Shown here one piece after another: positions 59,352 to 64,000 of a stretch of DNA of 64,000 nucleotides. Source of the DNA: an uncultured Planctomycetia bacterium (GTDB taxonomy: Bacteria > Omnitrophota > Gorgyraeia > 2-02-FULL-51-18 > JAGOUK01); NCBI GenBank assembly GCA_964430735.1, contig CAYSFB010000001.1, positions 60,082-124,081 of the forward strand, read 5' to 3'. The position numbers were made by a program, and so were the translations under genes. Position 1 is the stretch's first letter, and each line of letters opens with the position of its first letter. The notes under the pieces were generated by a model, which made no database searches, was not told where the DNA came from, and saw only the letters and a list, made by a program, of their open reading frames with translations.

Positions 59352-60685
59352 GCGTGCGATTTTTCCCGGGATTTGAATGCGAGGATACTTTTTACAATTT
59401 GAAAAACCCAGAACAAGCATATCACCGAAAATGTCAGCCGCGCCAGCGCGACACACTTGCCCCAAGGCATGTAGCGGTCCATAAGCTCGTGGAGGCTGGG
59501 TGCCTCCGCCAAAGCCGGATCCAAATGCACCATAAGGGCCAGATTCATCTCACGGGAGTCCAGATTGAACAAAAAAAGCAACCCGACCGTCGCTGCAGCC
59601 AGCCATCCGGGGCGCAGAATGCCGCTCACCCGGACCAGGATCCAGAACGCCAGCACCCACATGAAGTAATGGATCATCGTAGTGGATGTTGCATACAACG
59701 CCAGCAGCACCGCCGACGATGCGGAAGCCCACAGGATCAGCCGCTCGGCCGGCGTCCTCGCGCCGCCCCTCCAGCATGCCGCGACGACCCATACCCATAA
59801 ACATGCGAACAGCGCCTTGAACGCCAAAGCCGATTCCGGCGTGAGGCCCCTGAAGATCCCCTGCATCGATGCGCGCTGGACCACCGGCGAAAAGTAACAG
59901 GCCAGCACATACCCCTTCGAGATCAGGGCCCAGGGCGCCAGCACCGCAACGGCCGGCGCGAGCATCGTCGCCAAAAGGCGGGCTCTTTCGCGCCACCCGT
60001 CCGCCCAGGTGAGCACGGTCGGAAGCAGGATCAGAAGGCCGAAGTTGTCCAGCAAAAGGACACACCCGAACGCCAATGCCGCCAGGGTTTTTCGGTCCCG
60101 CTGGAGCAGGGCCGCAGACGCCCATACCGCCAAAGCCGGCAGGATCCGGTATTGGCCGAATGCAAATATCGAGAACAGCAGCACCGGATGAAAAAGCCAG
60201 GCCCGCTCAAGGCCCCGCAGGCCCGGATCGCGCCGCGCGATGGCGCGGACCAGCGGCCAGCACAGCAGATCCGCGATCAAATATAGCAATTTGGCGAGGA
60301 ACAGCCAGCGGATCACATCGATCTGCGCAAACCCGTCCAGATAATCCAGGATGCCGCGGGGGCTCGCCGCACCCATCAAGCCGTCGGCTCGCTGCATCCA
60401 GGAGTCGAAACCGGCCGCCAAGGGACGCGTGATCATCTGCCAGAGTCCGGTGATCCAAAAAACCATCGGATGATAATACGTAAACCCTTGCTTCAAAAAG
60501 GTGTCGGCAAAATGGCCGTAGATGTCCTGAACGCCGCGGTAACTCCAATGCCACGGAAAATATTGAATGAAGATCAGATCTCCGTGCAGGACAAGCGGCA
60601 TCAACGCCAGACGCGCCGCTATGGCAGCGGTCCATTCCCATCGAGAAATACCCGGCTTATTCGGGGATGCCGTCGCGGAAGTCAT
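59348..60685 (-). CDS. hypothetical polytopic membrane protein (possible GT-C or polymerase-like)
   Basis: 445 aa with about 12 predicted TM helices; no motif is confidently recognised. Confidence 0.3.
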   Translation of the reverse strand: MTSATASPNKPGISRWEWTAAIAARLALMPLVLHGDLIFIQYFPWHWSYRGVQDIYGHFADTFLKQGFTYYHPMVFWITGLWQMITRPLAAGFDSWMQRADGLMGAASPRGILDYLDGFAQIDVIRWLFLAKLLYLIADLLCWPLVRAIARRDPGLRGLERAWLFHPVLLFSIFAFGQYRILPALAVWASAALLQRDRKTLAALAFGCVLLLDNFGLLILLPTVLTWADGWRERARLLATMLAPAVAVLAPWALISKGYVLACYFSPVVQRASMQGIFRGLTPESALAFKALFACLWVWVVAACWRGGARTPAERLILWASASSAVLLALYATSTTMIHYFMWVLAFWILVRVSGILRPGWLAAATVGLLFLFNLDSREMNLALMVHLDPALAEAPSLHELMDRYMPWGKCVALARLTFSVICLFWVFQIVKSILAFKSREKSHA

Positions 60686-62282
60686 AAACCCAAATGGAGT
60701 TGCCGATCACCTTGACCGGCCGATAACGCTCGAACCACTTCATCGTGTCAATATGATGGACGGCCAGCGCGTAAACGGTCGCGCGCGGATGCTCGTAGTC
60801 GGCCGGCGTCGCCTCCACGGCAGGGATCCCGTAATAGGCCGGATCGGCCGAACCATAGTACATCAGCACCACTTCGCGATACCCCCGAGCCCCGACGAAC
60901 TCGCCCAATCCTTTCAGGTCCTGGCCCCAGTCGATGTTGGAGTCGCGGAGCCAGCGATAGCCGTTCTTCGGGCCGCCCGCCAGCTGATTAAAATACGTCA
61001 GGTGGTCCGGAAAGATCCGGGCCGCTTCCAGCGCATGCCACGCCAAAATGGCGAGGCACCCCGCTTGCGCGGCACGGATCCGCGAGGACCAGGCGCGGGC
61101 GATAAGCGATCCCGCAAGGATCATCAGAAGCGGATAGACCGGCAAAAAGTAACGGATCCCGGCCTGCGCCCGGTCCGGCATCGTCACAATAAAGAAAAAG
61201 ACGGCCGGCACCAGCAGCACGGCGCGCGCCGCGCGGTCCAGCGGAAGCCATTTCCATCCGGCCAGCGCCAGAAGGATCAGCAAAAGGAACGGAAGCGTGT
61301 TTTTAACCCCGAAGGCCGCGTAATAATACTGCGGCCAGCTTTTTTTACCCTCGGACCATTCGCCGAGAAAAAAGGCATTGGTCCCCTTGGCCCGCGTGAA
61401 CACCATGCTCCCGATCGACGACGCAAAGGTGGTGAGCGGCAGAGGGACGTCGCGGGCGATCATGACCAGGGGCTCTCCGCCGATCTGCCTCAAAAAAGCC
61501 TCTTTCTTGAGCGGATCGGGCGTATTTTTCAGCAAGGGCTTCATTTGGAAAAAGTACCCCGCCCAGACCGTCAAAAGACAAACGGCGGCCGTCAGGACGA
61601 TCCTCGAGGGACGGACCAGGCGGGGTTTGCCGGCAGCGGCCGCGACCAGAAGCAGGACCGGCGGCAGTAGCAGCGCCGTGAACTTGGATAAAAAAGCGCC
61701 GCCTGCCGCCAGACCCGTCCACACCAGCCATTTCTTTTTCTCGCCGCTCAGATATTTCCAAAAGGCCGCGAGCGCCAGCGTGAAAAACAAAGCGATGGAA
61801 AGGTCGGACGTGGCCAGCTGCGAATGCGCGAGGATGTCGGGACAAAAAACGTAGAGCGCGAGCGCCGCCAGGCCCGCGACCGGGCCCGCCAGCCCACGCG
61901 CCCAAAGAAAAACGACCCAGCCGAACAGCATCGACAGCAACACGATCGGAATCCGCGCCCAAAAGACCAGCCGGTCCGCGCCGATATCCGAATTGGCGCG
62001 ATAAAAGAATTCCCGCGCAAAAGCCGGACTGTCCCCCGCCTCCCAGGACGGATGCTCCCATGGCCCCTTCGCGCCCATGAGCGCCATCGGGACCGCCGTC
62101 AAATACCGCGGCAGCGGCGGCATTGCGGGGTTCATCCGGAAGTCCTGCTTCATCAGATGGGAGAAGCCGCTGGCCAAATGATGCGCGAGCTCGTCGCTGG
62201 TCGGAGACTTTTGAATCATCGCTGGAATGAGTTGAAGCGGGAGCAGCAACAGGAATATGAGCGGCAGGAATTTACTCCTCAT
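60657..62282 (-). CDS. GT39/ArnT-like GT-C membrane glycosyltransferase
   Basis: N-terminal PMT_2-like region MIQKSPTSDELAHH, TM helices and a C-terminal periplasmic domain. Confidence 0.55.
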   Translation of the reverse strand: MRSKFLPLIFLLLLPLQLIPAMIQKSPTSDELAHHLASGFSHLMKQDFRMNPAMPPLPRYLTAVPMALMGAKGPWEHPSWEAGDSPAFAREFFYRANSDIGADRLVFWARIPIVLLSMLFGWVVFLWARGLAGPVAGLAALALYVFCPDILAHSQLATSDLSIALFFTLALAAFWKYLSGEKKKWLVWTGLAAGGAFLSKFTALLLPPVLLLVAAAAGKPRLVRPSRIVLTAAVCLLTVWAGYFFQMKPLLKNTPDPLKKEAFLRQIGGEPLVMIARDVPLPLTTFASSIGSMVFTRAKGTNAFFLGEWSEGKKSWPQYYYAAFGVKNTLPFLLLILLALAGWKWLPLDRAARAVLLVPAVFFFIVTMPDRAQAGIRYFLPVYPLLMILAGSLIARAWSSRIRAAQAGCLAILAWHALEAARIFPDHLTYFNQLAGGPKNGYRWLRDSNIDWGQDLKGLGEFVGARGYREVVLMYYGSADPAYYGIPAVEATPADYEHPRATVYALAVHHIDTMKWFERYRPVKVIGNSIWVYDFRDGIPE

Positions 62283-63423
62283 GCGCCTGGCCCTCTGCAG
62301 AATGTGCGGTCAACAGCCCGCGCTTCTCAAGGGCCTGCTCGATCGACGAGGCGATCCGCCGGTGGCCCTCAGAATTGGGATGGAAGCTGTCCGTGGGCAC
62401 GATAATAAGCTGTGACGCATCGGACCCCGCGAACTCGGGCAAAAGATCCAGCGTATCGATCCCGAGGCGTTCCGCCTCCGACGCCACTTTTTGATGAATA
62501 AAACTCCAGGGGTAGCCTTGGATCTTTTCGAGAGACTCAAATCGCGGGATCAGAACCAGAAGAAGGGGGGTCTTCCGCAGCTCCGACCAGCGCTTGAGGT
62601 CCGCCAACGCCTGCCGGCACGCCCGCCAGCCCCCGTGGTCGTCCGCAAATTGATCTTCATAGCTTTCGGAATGCCGGCCGGTGGCCGTCTGATGGCGAAA
62701 AAGCTCCATCGCCCGGCGAAGCACGGCGTAGAGATAAGAATGATCCCGAACCCAATTTTTGATCCGGATCAAGGTGCCGTATTTGGGGTCGATGAGCCCC
62801 GCCTGCTTGGCAAGCGGTTCCGCGTCATTGAGGACGAACCCGACCAGGACCAGGTCCGGATCATAGACGCCTCCGGCCTCCTGCAGCAACATGTATTGCT
62901 GCAGCGTGTTGTAACCTCGCACGCCGGCATTCAGGACCTCAGCGGTGCGCCCCTGAGCTCCCAACCGCCCGACCAGACGACGCTCCAGGACATCAGAAAA
63001 GGTATCTTCGACGCGCACGCCATCGCCAAAAGCCACAGAATCACCGAGCACGAGGATACGGAAGGAATTTTGGGGTTTTGGGATTTGATACTCCCGATCC
63101 CGAAGCCCGCGCGAGTTGATCCGGATCGGATGGCCAAATCGGTCCTTGCCCTTGAATCCGGGTCGATGCTCAAATGCCCGAGTTTTGCTGGCCCGAAAAA
63201 GCCCGGGAGGCGTGTCCACCACCGCAAATGTCGCGGCGGCCCATTCGGAGATCAATAAAGCTGCAACACATCCTGCAAACAAAAGCGAGACAGGCGCGAC
63301 CCAGGCTGCGATCCTGCCCCCCTGCCGTTTCACCGGACCGGGACCTCGGAGGGTCCTTTGCGCAGGAACGCAGTCGCAAATGCGTACCGGTACCAGCGCA
63401 AATAGATCGGCAGCCATTTCCAC
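62272..63423 (-). CDS. membrane-anchored SGNH/GDSL hydrolase, paralog 4
   Basis: ILVLGDSVAFGDG (GDS block) and DSFHPNSEGH (D-x-x-H). Confidence 0.55.
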   Translation of the reverse strand: MEMAADLFALVPVRICDCVPAQRTLRGPGPVKRQGGRIAAWVAPVSLLFAGCVAALLISEWAAATFAVVDTPPGLFRASKTRAFEHRPGFKGKDRFGHPIRINSRGLRDREYQIPKPQNSFRILVLGDSVAFGDGVRVEDTFSDVLERRLVGRLGAQGRTAEVLNAGVRGYNTLQQYMLLQEAGGVYDPDLVLVGFVLNDAEPLAKQAGLIDPKYGTLIRIKNWVRDHSYLYAVLRRAMELFRHQTATGRHSESYEDQFADDHGGWRACRQALADLKRWSELRKTPLLLVLIPRFESLEKIQGYPWSFIHQKVASEAERLGIDTLDLLPEFAGSDASQLIIVPTDSFHPNSEGHRRIASSIEQALEKRGLLTAHSAEGQAHEE

Positions 63424-64000
63424 AACCGGAAGCGGCTCTTGCCGGTGGCCCGCTCAAACCATTGCGCGGGAACCTCGGAGATCTTCCATCCCAACCGCCG
63501 GCATTTAACGAGCATCTCGATGCTGAAGGCCCATCCTTCGGAGGATTCGACGCGGACCGTGCGTATGAGTCTGCGGGAAAACAGCCGGAAACCGTTCGAG
63601 GAATCGTGCGTGGGGATACGGGCCAAATGGTACAGCGTGAACGCAGCCGAGCGGACGAGAACAGCCTTGATCCACGGACATCCCTTCATGCAGCCGCCCG
63701 GCATGAACCGGCTCGCGGAAACAAGCTCCGCGCCGTCGCGGAACGCTTCCATCATCCGGTCGATGATGGGTCCGTTGAACGTGTCATCCGCCGGAAAAAC
63801 CAGAACAGCCGGCGCGGTCGCCGCCTCGAAGCCCGTCATCACCGCTCCGTGGACGCCGCGGCCCCGGTTGCGGATGCGCCGGATGATCCCGTGCGACAAA
63901 TAACGGTCCAAAGCCGCGAGCGTGTTGTCTTCTTCGCTGTCGTAAAGGATATGGATCTCGAACGGCGTGCGGACGCTCGCCTCAAGATGATCGAGAACTT
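63330..64000 (-). CDS. GT2 polyprenyl-phosphate sugar synthase (GtrB/DPM1-like), 5' end beyond the window
   Basis: The reading frame stays open upstream of the annotated Met (ILYDSEEDNTLAALDRY...). The C-terminal part carries DSSNGFRLF, typical of GtrB/DPM1. Confidence 0.6.
   Translation of the reverse strand, partial: VLDHLEASVRTPFEIHILYDSEEDNTLAALDRYLSHGIIRRIRNRGRGVHGAVMTGFEAATAPAVLVFPADDTFNGPIIDRMMEAFRDGAELVSASRFMPGGCMKGCPWIKAVLVRSAAFTLYHLARIPTHDSSNGFRLFSRRLIRTVRVESSEGWAFSIEMLVKCRRLGWKISEVPAQWFERATGKSRFRLWKWLPIYLRWYRYAFATAFLRKGPSEVPVR

Overview
High-GC (about 65-68%) bacterial window with no rRNA, tRNA, CRISPR array or transposase recognisable; nearly all of it is protein-coding. The cell-envelope genes point to a diderm organism: a FadL-family outer-membrane channel with an NPA motif, an LpxL/HtrB-like lipid A acyltransferase, three GT9 heptosyltransferases, GmhB, an O-antigen ligase (WaaL-like) and a WbaP-like initiating phosphoglycosyltransferase. 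From about 9.4 kb to the end of the window, essentially every real gene lies on the minus strand in one array of more than 50 envelope-glycan genes. Many adjacent genes overlap by 4 nt (ATGA, TTGA or GTGA), which suggests translational coupling. The array holds an LPS-core block, a pseudaminic-acid-like nonulosonate pathway (PseB/PseC/PseH/NeuB-family synthase/cytidylyltransferase) fused to a WbuX/HisH/HisF-like acetamidino triad, a Wzx-type flippase, and an unusual set of periplasmic decoration enzymes. That set comprises eight GT-C-like polytopic membrane proteins (GT39/ArnT-like, YfhO-like), three polyprenyl-phosphate-sugar GT2 synthases, a TagF-like glycerophosphotransferase and four membrane-anchored SGNH/DHHW hydrolase or acyltransferase paralogs. 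PriA and a family-4 uracil-DNA glycosylase sit inside this array. At 5.6-9.3 kb two divergent amt-glnK pairs face each other across an intergenic region with sigma-54-like motifs. The first 5.5 kb holds a partial fabF, FadL, a small excisionase-family HTH protein and a formyltransferase-domain protein. It also holds a lower-GC cassette of about 1.6 kb (RelE/Phd toxin-antitoxin, hotdog thioesterase, acyl carrier protein) inserted between two direct copies of about 107 bp of the formyltransferase 5' end. The large plus-strand ORFs antisense to these genes are shadow ORFs typical of high-GC DNA. All functional calls rest on motif and family recognition by eye; no database searches were run.
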